In this document: positions 25,261 to 39,000 of the stretch, piece by piece
Position numbering within the stretch: the first letter of the stretch is position 1
Layout: every line of letters begins with the position of its first letter
NCBI GenBank assembly: GCA_037447605.1
Contig: CM074818.1
Location: forward strand, 620,001-684,000
DNA: 64,000 nucleotides
From: Zygnema circumcarinatum SAG 698-1b
Taxonomy: Eukaryota; Plantae; Zygnematophyceae
Direction: 5' to 3'
Made by a program: the position numbers and the translations under genes
Notes under the pieces: model-generated
Told to the model about the DNA's origin: nothing
The model's database searches: none
What the model saw: only the letters and a program-made list of their open reading frames with translations

Positions 25261-26565
25261 TTGCCATATATACATACATGTGCCTGCATGTGTGCATGTA
25301 TGTATGCATGTCGTATGTACAGGGTTTCTGTACGTTGGTGTGGATGTATGTGTGTGATTTATGGCTCCTCCCCCCTGGTGCTTGTTATACATTCGCCCAA
25401 AAACACGCTTTATTTACAAGTGAAATTTATTCAAAAGCCTAGCAGCACTATTCGTTTCAGGCGCATGAAAAAAAACAAAAAACAAAAAATAAAAAAATAA
25501 AAAAATAAAAAAAAACATTTATTTCACTTTTGTGTGCCAAGAAATGCGGTTCACTATGCGTTGACATTCCGTTGACCATGCGTTGACCACCTCAGTGACA
25601 CACCATAAAATAAAGGACAATAGTCAACCCATTGAGCATGAATGGCATCATGCCCATACGCAACTCTTTGCTCTGTCCATGGCTGGAAAACTGAACACTT
25701 TGTGGGCTGACCGAGCGGCTGACCCAAAGGGGGAGGAAGGGGGGCGTTGTTCCGCGAAAGAAAAGTAGGGAGAGCGAGAGGAAGAGAGCGAGAGGGAAAG
25801 AGACACGCCCCAAAACCATAAAAGCATCCAAGCCATTTTTATACAAAAAAACCCAAAGTTTTCACCATTTCAGAGAGATCAGGGCTCCAATTATTTTTTG
25901 CGTTAAACCGACAAAGACACTTTATTTCAACCGAGCGACGAACCGCCAGTTGGATTTATTGGTTCAACAAATACTCTCCGGATCCACTTCTGCTTCCTAG
26001 TGTACAGGTGTGGTTCAGAGGGAGGGAGGGAGGGAGAGAGGGGCAATGGGAGGGTGAGGCGAAGAGAGGGAAGGGAGAAGGGGGGGAACGGAAGGGCTCG
26101 ACAACTTTTCCTAAACCCTAAACCCTAAACCCTTAAACTTAAAGAACTTAAGAAATCAACCAACCCTAAACTTGGCAAGTTCCCAAAAAATCGTCCAATG
26201 GCTGTCGCCCAAATAGAGGGCCTCACCGGATCCTCGCTTCTTTTTCTCCCTCCTTCTTTCGTTCCTAGACGCAAGTGCTCTCTCTCTCTCTCGCTCTCTC
26301 TCTCTCTCGCTCCCTCTCTCTTTATCTCTCTCTAATCATCACAATCATAAATTGCATTAAGGAGACCTCGCAAAGCTTAAATTAAACTCTTCTAATGTAC
26401 AAAGCTCACACTCGACACAGCCTCTCCCTCCTCTCCCTCCTCTCGCCCTCCTCCCCCACCCCTCCCACCTGTCCCTCCTCTCCCTCCTCTCCCTCCTCGC
26501 CCCCTTCCCCCTCCTCCCCCACCTCTCCCACCGCTCCCACCTCTCCCACCTCTCCCTCCTCTCCC

Positions 26566-28391
26566 TCAGCTGCTCCAGTCCGCACTATGGAAGGTAGGTC
26601 TGGGAGGTCTCGCCGCATTGTTCCCCTCCGGAGGGAAGGCGAGAGAGGGCCCCCCTCGCTGCTCGCCGGAGTAGAAGAGAGGGTCCTCGGGACCCTCCCA
26701 AGGGCTCTCTGCGTAGCGGGGGAGACCCCACTGCTCGCTCCTGCACTCACACCTCAGGGATTAGGGTTTAGGGTTTAGGGTTTAAGGATTAGGGTTTAGG
26801 GTTTAGGGTTTAAGGATTAGGGTTTAGGGTTTAGGGTTTAGGGTTTAGGGTTTAAGGTTTAAGGATTAGGGTTTTGGGCATTTTAGGGTTTTTAGGTTCT
26901 GTGGGTCTTGAGGGATTTCGACCTAAAGGGCTTCATTCAATTGGACATTGGAGGAGGATCACACGTGTCAGAAAATTTTAATTTTTTTGAAGGGGTTTAG
27001 GAGCAGTATGAAATTACTTATCTGTTTATGTACTCATTCATTTGCTTTTTCATTCATTTATTTTCCTTATTTTATGCATTATAAAGTTTACATATTCATT
27101 TTTATTTGTGGAAGTTTTGCCCTTTTCTACCTTCCGGTATTTGATGGCTCTCCCCAGGCTCGAGCCCCCATCGGGAATCCACCGGACTGCACGTCATAAG
27201 AGAAAAAACAAAGGGGTGGGGGTCAGACCAAACCAAACTCTACTACCTCAAGGGAGTTGTAGAGGAGGACAATTAGAGAGGGAGAGGAAGAGAGAGAGAG
27301 AGGGCGAGAGGGCGAGAGGGAGAGAGGGAAGGAGGAGAGAGGGCGAGAGGGAGAGAGTGAGGGGGAGAGAGGGCGAGAGGGAGAGAGTGAGGGGGAGAGA
27401 GGGCGATAGGGCAAGAGGGAGAGACGGAGAGAGGGAGAGAGGGAGAGAAGGAGAGAGAGGGCGAGAAGGAGGGTCAGAGAGGGGGAGAGGGAGAGGATGA
27501 GTGGCGAGAGGAACGAAGTGAGAGAGACGAGAAACGAATGTGAGGTACGTGCATGACTTGTCACGGGTGCAGAAAAGGACAGCTGGAGAGGGGAGAAAGT
27601 TGGAGCGCGAGACCGCGGGAGAGAGAGGGAGCGAGGGAGGGAGACAGGTCTCACCATTGAGGTCCCATAGTGGTGCTGCATTCTCCTCTGATCCATATCA
27701 GGAGTGAAGCTCAAAGCCGAAGAGGGACTATGCGCTCCCACCGAGAAAGCTCCACTGTCACAAAGAGAGTGAGGGAGAGAGAGAGGGGAAGAGAAACGAG
27801 TAGAAAAGACCAATTCATCGGTCAGTACAGTTTTAAACGGCTCGAAAAACATAAAAAATTGAACATCTAAAGGAAACCCCTCCACCCTCCCCCCTCCCTC
27901 CCTCCCTCCCTCCCTCCCTCCCCTCCCCCTCCCTCCCTCCCTCCCTCCCTCCCTCCCTCCCTCCCCTCCCCTCCCCTCCCCTCCCTCCCTCCCTCCCCTC
28001 CCCCTCCCTCCCCTCCCCTCCCCCTCCCCCTCCCCCTCCCCCCTCCCCCTCCCACCTGTAGTCCATGTTGGCGGGCCTTTGTCGGAGCAATGAGGGCATT
28101 TTTGCCCTCTCCTCCGCCGACATGTTGGGGAGGTGTACGGCCGCCTCCTCGGGCAGAGCCATGTCGCGGGAGAAGTCGCTCGACTGCTCCCACCTGCGGG
28201 AGAGGAGGGGAAGGGAGGGAGGGAGGGAGGGAGGGGAGTTAGAGAGGGAGGGAGGACAATGTGAAGTAGGGTTTCGGAAAGAAAAGACGACCCTCTCTCC
28301 CTCTCTCTCCCTCTCTGTCTCCCTCTCTCAATTTTCCACTTTTTCTTTCTGTCTTCCTCCCAGAGTTTCCAACCGACACTTCTGCCTTGTA

Positions 28392-28430
<39 letters not shown>

Positions 28431-31400
28431 AGTATTTTTGCACTCACACGCTGCTGCTCCTGTTGTCGCCCGAATCGCTGTCCCCATAGACCAACATGAG
28501 GGCCTGCGAAAGGGAAAAAAGCAGTCAGAGGTCTTCAAGGTGAAGGGAGGGAGGGAGGAAGGGAAGGATGGAGGAAGGGAGGGAGAGGGGAGGGGGAAGA
28601 GAGAGGAAGGGGCGAGGAGGGAAAGAGAAAGGGACGGGAGAGGAGGGAAAGAGGAAGGGAGGGGAGGAAGGAGGCAGGCAGGGAGGGAGGGAGGGAGGAG
28701 GGGAGGAAGAGAGGTAGGGAGGGAGGAAGGGAGAGGAGAAGGGAAAGGGCAGGGAGGGAGGAGGGAGGGAGAGAGGGAGGGAAGGGACGGGAGGAGGAAG
28801 ATTCATGAGGAATAGAGACGTTTGATAGTAAGAGAGGAATGGAGGGAGAAGAGAAGGCACGAGGCCGGGTGGGAGGCAAGGATGGAGGGCGGGAGGTAGG
28901 AGAAGGAGGGAGGGAGGGAGGGAGGGAGAAAGACACCTACCCTCACTACCTCTCCCATGAAAGGCCGGTGGTGGATTTCCGGCTGCACACAGGAGCTTGC
29001 AATCGCCGCCACTCTCGTTATGCTCTCTATGGGCACTCCCTCCTCCCTCAGGGAGGGGTCTATCACAGCGTTCAGCCCATCCAGCCTGTGAAGAAAAAAA
29101 AAGGGCGGGGGGGAAAAGAACTAAATTGCTGAAACTTCTTCAAACCGACTTCAATTTTGCAGGATCAAATACATAAATTAAGAAAAAAAAACACTTTTTT
29201 GGAATGGAGTCAAATGAAGGAGGCTCTCTCTCTCCCCTATCTTTCTCTCTCTCTCTCTCGCTTTCTTTCTCTCTCTCTCTCCTCTCTCTCTCTATCTCTC
29301 TCTCTCTCCCCCCTCTCTCTCTCTCTTCCTCCCACCTGCTGAGGAGAGGCCGAGCCCAGTTGGCGAGACTCTGCTCTTCAGGAGGGAGAGAGGGGTCTAT
29401 GGGCTCCCTCCCCGTGAGCAGTTCCAACATCACCACTCCGTAACTGTACACATCACTCTTCACCATAAGGTGGCCCGTCATCGCATACTCCGGCGCAACA
29501 TAACTGGAAAAAAAAAAAAAAAAAAGATGAAACAGAGGGGGGTGCGGTGGGGGGAGGATAAAGGGAGCAAGTTAGTGCATTGCAGAGAGAGCTCGTCTTT
29601 CCTTTCTCTCTCTCTCTCCCGCGCTTCCTTCCCTCCTCCTCTCCCTCCCTCCCTCCCTCCCTCACTACCTGCCTAGCTATCTAACTGGCTCCTCCTCCCT
29701 CTCTCCCTTGTCCACTCCCTCGCTTCCATGGCCCCAAGGGTGGATTTCATGTAAAACGTCACCCCCACAAGTAGTAATCTTAATAATATTAACTACTAAT
29801 CCAAAAAGCTCTCCATACAACCCCCCACCCTCGGGTCATACACCACAACCCAAACATCTTTAAACACATACATAACAAAAAACCTTGACTGAAACTTCAA
29901 CTTCATTCCTCCCATACATACATACATACATACATACATACATACATACATACATACATACATACCCGAAAGTTCCGACCACTTGTGAAGTCTGATCGCT
30001 GCTGTTTTTGTATCCGCTCGTTCGAGCGAGTCCAAGGTCCGACACTTTGGGCGTAAAGTCATCTTCCAAGAGAATGTTCGCCGCCTTAAAGTCACGATGG
30101 ATGATGCTCGGGTTCGAGTCCTCGTGCAGGTACGCGAGGCCGCGGGCGGACCCCAGAGCGATCTTCATGCGGGTCTCCCAACTCAGGGGACCCTTCACTT
30201 TGTCGGGGCCTGCGTGAGGGAGAGGGAGAGGGAGAGGGAGAGGGATGATGGGTTTAGGTTAAGTTTAGGAGTTGCAGAGGAGGAGGAGGAGGAGGAGGAG
30301 GAGGAGAATGAGTTTAGGGTTAATTATAGGAGTTGCAGAGCAGGAGGAGGAGGAGAATGAGTTTAGGGTTAAGTTTAGGAGTTGCAGAGGAGGAGGAGGA
30401 GGAGAAGGAGGAGGAGGAGGAGGAGGAGAATGAGTAGGGTTAATTATAGGAGTTGCAGAGCAGGAGGAGGAGGAGAATGAGTTTAGGGTTAATTATAGGA
30501 GTTGCAGAGCAGGAGGAGGAGAATGAGATTAGAGTTAACTTTCGGAGTTGCAGAGCAGGAGGAGCAGAAGGTGAGGATAATGAGTATAAGGTTAACTTTA
30601 GGGCTTTCAACAGCCATTGATCTCGTTTACTTTGTCAAGAGTGGGAGACAGAGATTCTGACAGGCTACAAAGAGCTGAAATAACGACAAAGTGCATAAAA
30701 GCCCTATTATTTCTGTATAACGCAATGAATTCTGGGCCATAGAACGCACCATGGAGCCGTGATTGCAGGTTTCCGTTGGGAACGAGCTCATATACCAAAC
30801 AACGGACCCCCTGTTCTATGCAGATTCCGAGAAGCTTGACAAGATTCCTATGATGTAAGCAGCTCAAAACCTCCGCCTCTCCCAAAAACTCTCCCATCCC
30901 TTGTTGGTCCGTTCTCCTCAAAAGCTTCACAGCTATGCGAGTCCCATCATCCAGTATCCCTCCGTACACAGATGCAAACCCTCCCTCGCCTATGATATTC
31001 TGAGGACTGAAATTTTGAGTAGCTTTTTCCAACTGTGGGAGAGAGAACATGTGTGTGCCGGCCGGGAATTGAGAAGGATTTGCTTCTGCAATAGCAAAAA
31101 TTTGGCTCGGAGTTGAATCTGAAGCAGATCCTGCTACAAATTCCACTCCACCCCCACCCCCTCCTCCTGCTCCTCCTCTCCCTGCCATTCCAAGAAAGAG
31201 GCAAAAGGCATAGCTTTAGGCTTTTGGGTTGCCTTTTTTGTGAGCATTAGGATTAGGGTTAGGGTTAGGATTGGGTTAGGTTTAGGTGAGGTTAGGGTTA
31301 AGGTTCAGGTTAGGGTTAGGATTCAGGTTAGGGTTACGGTTCAAGTTAGGATTAGGGTTAGGGTTAAGTTTGGGTCCAGGTTAGGGTTAGGGTTCAGGTT

Positions 31401-32713
31401 AGGGTGAGGGTTAGGCTTAGGGTTAGGGTTAGAATTCGGGTGATTCAGGATAAGAATTCAGGGTTAGGTTTAGGTTAGGATTAGGGTTAAGGATAGGGTT
31501 AGGGTTAAGGTTAGCGTGAGGGTTAGGATTAGGGTTAGGCTTAGGATTAGAATTCAGGTGATTCAGGATAAGAATTCAGGGTTAGGTTTAGGTTAGGATT
31601 AGGGTTAAGGATAAGGTTAGGGTTAAGGTTCAGATTAGGATTAGGGTTAGGCTTAAGTTTGGGTTCGGGTTAGGGTTAGGGTTCAGGTTAGCGTGAGGAT
31701 TAGGATTAGGGTTAGGATTAGAATTCAGGTGATTCAGGATAAGAATTCAGGGTTAGGTTTAGGTTAGGATTAGGCTTAAGGATAGGGTTAGGGTTAAGGT
31801 TCGGATTAGGGTTCAGCTTAGAGTTAAAGCTAGGGTTTCGAAGTAAGCAAAATTTACCTCCAGATGAGGTTGATCTGGACCCTTGATTTGCCCCGGGGAC
31901 CATATCTGGTCTCCAGGGCTCCCTCAGAGAAGCAGAGAATTGGGCTTGTCTCCTCCTCCTCGCTATTCCAAACCAGAGGCAACAACAACCTATTATGAGA
32001 GCTGCTATAGGGAGGGAAATAGAGAGAGCGATAGTGATAGCGGTAGAGGAATTGGAGCCTGAATTAGAGGAGTCAGACCCCCCATTGGACCCTCCAGGAG
32101 CTAACAAGCCTCCATCGCCTGAAGAGAGGGGAGGGGGAGGAGAGAGGTTTTCTCCTGCAAGGGAGGGAGGGAGAAGGGGAGGGAGGGAGAGAAAGGGAGA
32201 GAGAGAGAGAGGGTGGGAAGGTGTCAGTTTAGGATGAGCTTGACCTACGCAAAGAAAACGACGAATCCAACAATTTCCGTTGGTAAGAACACATATTTTC
32301 ACTTTTTTTTTCTCTCTCCCTCGCTCTCTCTCTCTCTGTCACACACACAAAATAGACAATTGCTCGTACCTGGATTCTGGATAAGAAGCACTGTAACATT
32401 TCCGAAATATCTGAAATCGAAAGGTAGAGTTCCGTTGGTTTTGTTGGGAATGAGCGATAGTCGAACCCGAGAAATTTCCGTATCGTTTAGTTGAATTCCA
32501 GCCAGTGGGATAATATTTGTGGTTACTCCGACTAAAGATTCTCTGAGGGTGATTACCTGACCCAACTGAAGAAATTTCACAATGGAAAAGCAAACAATAT
32601 GTAAGACAATCGAATAGTACATTAATAACCTATAAGCTTACAAGCATGACACCCATGTTTGTGTGTGAGAGAGTGACAGGGAGAGATAGATTGAGAGTGA
32701 GAGAGCGAGAAAG

Positions 32714-32746
<33 letters not shown>

Positions 32747-33025
32747 GAGAGAGAAAGAGAGAGAGAGGGAGAGAAGGAGTGAAAGAGAGAGGAAGAGAAA
32801 GAGAGGTGGCGGAGAGGAGGGAGAGCACTCTCACCAACAACTGCAAGACATTGACCTTCACAATGCCCGCAAGCTCATCAAGGAACAGATTGATTCTCGG
32901 AGCAAAGGAGATAATATCGCTCTGAACTCCAAAAATCACAATCATGGGAAGTGTGCATCGGCACGATAGATCGGCATCGCTTGTTTGGGGAGGGAGCAGA
33001 TAGCCCGCAGCGCAGGGAGGGCAGG
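26566..33025 (-). CDS. Membrane-proximal ectodomain + TM + Ser/Thr kinase + C-tail of the ALE2-like RLK (high-confidence core)
   Basis: Twelve exons splice in frame without stops, and the expected kinase subdomain motifs are present in order. Confidence 0.95.
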
Positions 33026-36000
33026 CTGAGAGAGGTGACACATAGAAGGAGAGAGAAAATTAGAGTCTCTCCCTTGTCTACTGACTATCCCTCTCCCTCT
33101 CCTTTTCTCTCGTTCTCCCTCAGTCCCTCTCCCCCCCTCTCCCCCCCTCTCCCCCTCTCTCTTCCATCCGCATAAAATTGTCTCTTGCTCACGAGCTTGA
33201 CCCACCCTCCTCCCTCACCTTCACTCCTCCCCGTCCCCACCCACTCCCTCTTCATCTACCTCTCCCTCTACCCTTTATCCTATTTCTCCCTTCTCCTAAA
33301 TGGTTGGATGCTTGGCAGTGAGTTTGACTTACATCGGGAGTCAGGCGGAGGAGGGGGGAGGGCGAGTATAGGGGGAGCGAAGGTAGGGGGGGGGGGAGGG
33401 GGAGAGGGAGAGAGAGGAGAAGGAACTCCTGGAATTGTAAAACCAGGGGGAGAGAAGATAGGGCCAGGTATTGGAGGAGCGATGGGTCCCGAAGGAGGAG
33501 CGGGAGGAGTGGGAGGAGTGGGAGGAGACGATGACTGTGGGGGAGTGGGAGAGGAAGAGGGAGAGGGACGAGGAGAAGGAGGGCTCTCTTCAGGGTTGGT
33601 TCCATCAGGGGGAGAGGGAGAGGTATTTGATTGAGGGGGAAAAGGTGGAGCAGGGAAAAAAGAGGGAGAGGGCTCTCCTGAAGGGGAAGATGGTTGATTT
33701 GGGGAGTTTCCAGGAGTACTTGGGCTTGAGGGCGGTTCACTATTGGAGGAGGGAGAGGGGGTAGAGGGAGAAGTGGGAGTGGTAGAGGGAGATCCTGGTG
33801 AGGTAGGAGAAGGAGGTGAAGGAGGAGAGGAAGGAGAAGGAGAGGAAGGAGACGAGGGAGAGGAAGGAGAAGGAGGTGAGGAAGGTGAAGGAGGTGAAGA
33901 AGGAGAGGAAGGAGAAGAAGGCGAGGAAGGAGAAGAGGGAGAGGAAGGAGAAGGAGGTGAGGAAGGTGAAGGAGGTGAAGGAGGAGAGGAAGGAGAAGAA
34001 GGAGAGGAAGGAGAAGAAGGAGAGGAAGGAGAAGAGGGAGAGGAAGGAGAAGGAGACGAAGGAGAAGAGGGAGAGGAAGGAAAAGGAGACGAAGGAGAAA
34101 AAGGAGAAGAAGGAGAGGAAGGAGAAGAGGGAGTGGAAGGAGAAGGAGAGGAAGGAGAAGTAGGAGAGGAAGGAGAAGACGGAGAGGAAGGAGGAGAAGG
34201 AGAAGAAGGAGAAGAAGGAGAAGAAGGTGGAGTTGCTCCAACGGGAGAGGGAGGAGAGTCATCTGTGGGAGAGCTGGGCGGGAGAGTCGGAGACGAGGAC
34301 GAAGGAGGCAGAAATGGAAATATGGGAGTGGTAGGAACACTTGGAGGTACAGCCGGCTCGCTGGGTGGGAGGAGTGGAGGAGAGAAAGGGCCCGGAGCGG
34401 GAGGGCCATCTGTGGGAGGGGCAGAAGGAGAGTTAGGGCCAGGACGAGATGGTGGGAGAGGAAATAGGGGTGGAGTGTACGGAGAGACTTCAGGAGAGGG
34501 GTTGGTAGGTGAAGGAGTGGAAGAGGTGGTGGGAGGTTTGGTGGGAGGAGTGGTGGGAGAGGTGGGAGAGGTGGGAGAGGTGGTGGGAGGAGTGGTGGGA
34601 GGAGTGGTGGGAAAGGTGGTGGGAGGAGTGGTGGGAGAGGTGGTGGGAGGAGTGGTGGGAGAGGTGGTGGGAGTGGTGGGAGGAGTGGTGGGAGAGGTGG
34701 TGGTGGGAGAGGTGGAGGTGGTGGGAGGGGTGGTGGGAGGAGTGGTGGGGGAGGTGGTGGTGGGAGGGGTGGTGGGAGGAGTGGTGGGAGATGTGGTGGG
34801 AGGAGTGGTGGGAGGAGTGGTGGGAGAAGTGGTGGGCGGAGTGGTGGGAGAGCTGGTGGGAGGAGTGGTGGGAGAGAGGTGGTGGGAGGGGTGGTGGGAG
34901 GAGTGGTGGGAGAGGTGGTGGGAGGAGTGGTGGGAGAGGTGGTGGGGGTGGTGGTGGAGGAGGTGGTGGGAGGGGTGGTGGGTGGTGGGAGGAGTGGTGG
35001 GAGAGGTGGTGGGAGGAGTGGTGGGAGAGGTGGTGGGAGAGGTGGTGGGAGAGGTGGTGGGAGAGGTGGTGGGAGGGGTGGTGGGAGGGGTGGTGGGAGG
35101 AGTGGTGGGAGAGGTGGTGGGATAAGTTGTGGGAGTGGTGGGAGAGGCGGGGGGGACTGAGGATGGTGGAGAGAAAAAGGGTTTCGGAGGGGCTGGTTCT
35201 GCGATGAAGTGATAAAATTATGAGCAAGCACAAAAGTAAAGAGTAGCTCAAAATCAGCGATTTTTGGTTCTCAAAATTGAAGGGCTTATTATCGTCAGCT
35301 CGTCTCCCTCTTTGATTTAATCTCATATTTAGTGTGACGGAAAATTCGTCAACCGGCGGGGTTTCTATGGGATGATTTGAATAATTTTCCAACTTCGTAT
35401 TGGTCAAGAGATATAAAGAGCAATATTGGAATGTGTATGTGTATTAATAAGTTAGTAATAATAGAAAACAATTGCACAAGAGGTAGGCTTTGCTTCGCAA
35501 TCTTTTTCAAACTGTAAAATTTCGTAGCTGGCCCTTTGACCTACAAATCACATGCAGTTTTCATCCACAAAAAGGTAATCTACCAAAAAATGGCACACAG
35601 AGAAAGAGAGAGAGAGAGAGAGAGATTATTTATAAAGAGCGAGAGAGAGGGGGAGAGAGAGAGAGAGAGGGGGAGCGAGAGAGTGGGAGCGGGATAGAGC
35701 GGGAGAGACTGAGAGAGGAGGAGAGGAGAAGCCTTTACCTGGTGGGAGGTTCGGGGAGGCAGGCGGTAGAGGAAACTGCACAACACAAAACACTTCCTTA
35801 GGTCAGTTCCGTTACCGCCACACTCTGCAAATTTTCATTTTAATACCCAAAGAAACATGAGGAGGTTTCTCTGCATCCATCCTTTGAATAATATTGAAAC
35901 ACACACTATATGCTAGAACTTCAGTCAAGAAAAAAGGTCTGAATCAACTGATTAATGACTAAGCATCACTAGAATAATTGAATTGACTCCGCGGAGTGAT

Positions 36001-39000
36001 GCAATGATAGATAGATTTCGGAGGATATGTTCCCTCTACTCTCTCCCTTCTCCCACACCCTCTCCCTCACCTGCCTTTTTTCTTGCTCAGTTTTGGAGAA
36101 CCAAACATACTGTAAACTGGAAAATCCTGAAGAAATTATATTGGAACTTTCAATCATTCTGCGAGTTATGTATGTACATATACATATATCAGGTGATTAA
36201 AAATGTAAGTTGATATAAATATTAAAACCACAGTAAGAAAACCTCAAACTATTACCCCTACCTCAAAAATGCACATGCTTTTCATGGGATTACCAGAAGG
36301 GATGTTCCTTAGTTGAATAGATTTTTGACAAAAATATGTACCAAACCAACCAATATGTAACGAATTTTGATTTCTGGAAGCTTTAAAAATATGAGGAAAA
36401 CAAAAAATAACCAGAGGGTTTCTACATAATGATGTTTAAGACTGAGGCAGACGATTCAGAGTTAAACATAATAGTGTAGCCAATAGGGGATGTCAGTCAA
36501 GGGATGTGAGGAGAGGGAGGGGGAGTTGAGGGAAAATGGAGGGAGGAGAGAGAAGAAGAGGAGAGGAGAAAGAGAGGGGAGATAGGAGAGAGGAACGAGG
36601 AGAGAGGAGAGGCGAGAGGAGAGACGACAGACGAGACGAGAGGAGAGGAAGGGCGAGAGGAGAGAAAAGAGAAGAGAGAAGAGAGGAAAGAAGAGAGGAG
36701 AGAGGAGAGAGGAGAGGGGAGAGGAGAGAGGAGAGAGGAGAGAGGCGAGAGGAGAGGAGCGAGGAGAAAGGAGAGCGGAGAGAGGAGAGCGGAGAGAGGA
36801 GAGGAGAGGGGGAGAATGGCGAGGGTCCCGAAGGAGGGCGGATATGAGAGGACAAAGGACTAATGAGGAGACTCATACTTCAGAGTCTTGCTTACATCAG
36901 GTGGAGGCTGAAAATGTGAAGGAGTAGGGGGGAAAAGGCTGTGGTATGGTGAAGGTGTGATTGTAGGAGAGGGAGGTGTGATGGTGGGAGAGGGAGGTCT
37001 AATGGTGGGAGAGAGAGGTGTGATGGTGGGAGTGGGTATTATGGTGGGAGAGGGAGGTTTAATTGTGGGAGAGGGAGGTGTAATGGTGGAAGAGGGTGTG
37101 ATGGTAGGAGAGGGAGGTCTAATCGTGGGGAAGGGAGGCGTGATGGTAGGAGAGGGTGTGATGGTGGGTGAGGAGGGAGAGGATGTTCTTCCATGACGTG
37201 AAGGTTGGGAAGCCCTTGTGAAGGAGGGAGAGCTCCTTTGAGGAAAGAGATGGGGAGAAGATTCGCTGGGAGATAGTGGTGCAAACATGGGAGAAAGGGG
37301 CGAGGGAGAGGGAGAGGGAGGGAGAGTTCTGCCATGTAAGGGAGGGAGGGAGCTTGTGTATGCGGGAGAGGACGTTCTCCCACTCGAAGGGAGAGGGGGA
37401 TGAAGTTGTAAATGTGGAGATCTTGTTATGGGGGGTGGAGGTCGGGGGAAAGGAGAGGTCCTGCTTAAGGAAGGAGAGGATGGAGGAGAAAGGAAGGAGG
37501 AGCTGCCTACAGGTAGAGGGGGAATGCCAGAAAAAAGGGAGGGTGATGTTTTGGGGGTGCCCCTATGAGGGAGTGAAGGCGAGGAAAAGAGGGAGTGCTT
37601 GTGCGAGGGAGGTGAGAAGTGTGAAGGAGAGTGGGAGAACTCTCCTAAGGGATAAGACGGGGAAATGGGAGGGGGAGGCTTTTGATACTGTATGGAGGGA
37701 GTGCTCCTAGTAGGGGGTGGATCTGGGGGAGGGAGAGAGTGAGGGAGAGAGTGCTTATCGAAGGGAGGTGAAGGGAGGGGTGAAGGCTGGGAAAAGACTC
37801 CTGAAATAGGAGGCAGGGACAAGGAAGTCGTAATGGGAGAAGATGGTTCTAAGCTTCGAATGAAGGGTGGAGAGTTCGTAAGGGAGGGAAAGAGTTTAGT
37901 AGGGGGAGTGAGAGAGTGTTTGTAATAAGGAGAAGAGGGAGAGGGAGGGGGAGAAGGCATTTTTGAGAGATGAGGAGGATAATTGTAGGGAGCGGTAGGT
38001 GGTTGGGTGTAATACAGGAAGGAAGGCGACCCTTCACCTCGGAGTGCGAGGGTGGGAGGGAGATGTTTATAAGGGATAGTTGAAGATGGTGGGGGGAGTA
38101 AAGTGCTGGCTAAGGGTGAGAGAGGGGTCGGAGGAGCAGATGTCTCTCTGCGGGAGGGAGAATGGTGGGAATACGGAAGCGGAGATTGATCTATTGTTTG
38201 AGGAAAGAATCGGGGAGAATTTGGTGATGATTCTCTCCCAGAAGGAGGTGAAAATTTCTGAGAAATAAGAGTAGGAGTTCTTCCGTGCGAGGGAGAGCTC
38301 CGATAAGGAGGAGGAGGAGAAGGAGGAGGTTGTTCCTTAAGGGAGGGAGAGGAAGGAGGTGAAGGTGGAGGAATATAGGGGCCTCTGGGAGGGAGGACGG
38401 AATCAGAGGAGCGAGAGGGTGGACTCACCTGTGAGAGAGGTGGGGCTTTCGAAGGGAATGCTAGAGGGGTCCGAAAAGGAAAGGGTGGAGTTGGGGTGGA
38501 AGAAGGAGGGAGAGGATCAGAGAGAGGGAGAAGAGGAAGGGAGGGTGATGATGGGCTATGGAGGAGCGATGGTGAAAGTCTGCGAGGTGGGGTTGGACGG
38601 GGGGATGCAAGTGTGCTTGGTAAAGGCGGGCGATGTGTGGGAGAGGGGGAGGGAGAGGGAGGGAGATCTGCTTTATAAGGAGGAGGTGGAGGGAGAGATG
38701 ATGTAGGAGGCGCCATACCATACGTGGGTGAGGGCTCCGATCTCAGGGGTGGAGGGAGGGAGGAAGGAGTGGCTGTGGGTGGAAATGGAGGGAGAGATAC
38801 AGTTGTAGGTGAGGGTGTAGAGGGAGGCGAGGAGAGGGAAGGAGAGATGAGAAAAGGAGATAAAATGGGGGAGGCTGAAATTCCAGGTGTAGAAGGTGAA
38901 CCTAAAGGTGCAGTCTTACGAGGCGAAGGGGGTTGAAAGGGAAGGGTTTTAACAGGAGGTGAAATCAGGGGGGGCGATGGGAGAGAGAGAGACGACGGGA

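Noticed and set aside
31248-31837. True chromosome end or telomere fusion
   Set aside because: The array is degenerate, single-orientation and inside a phase-consistent intron.
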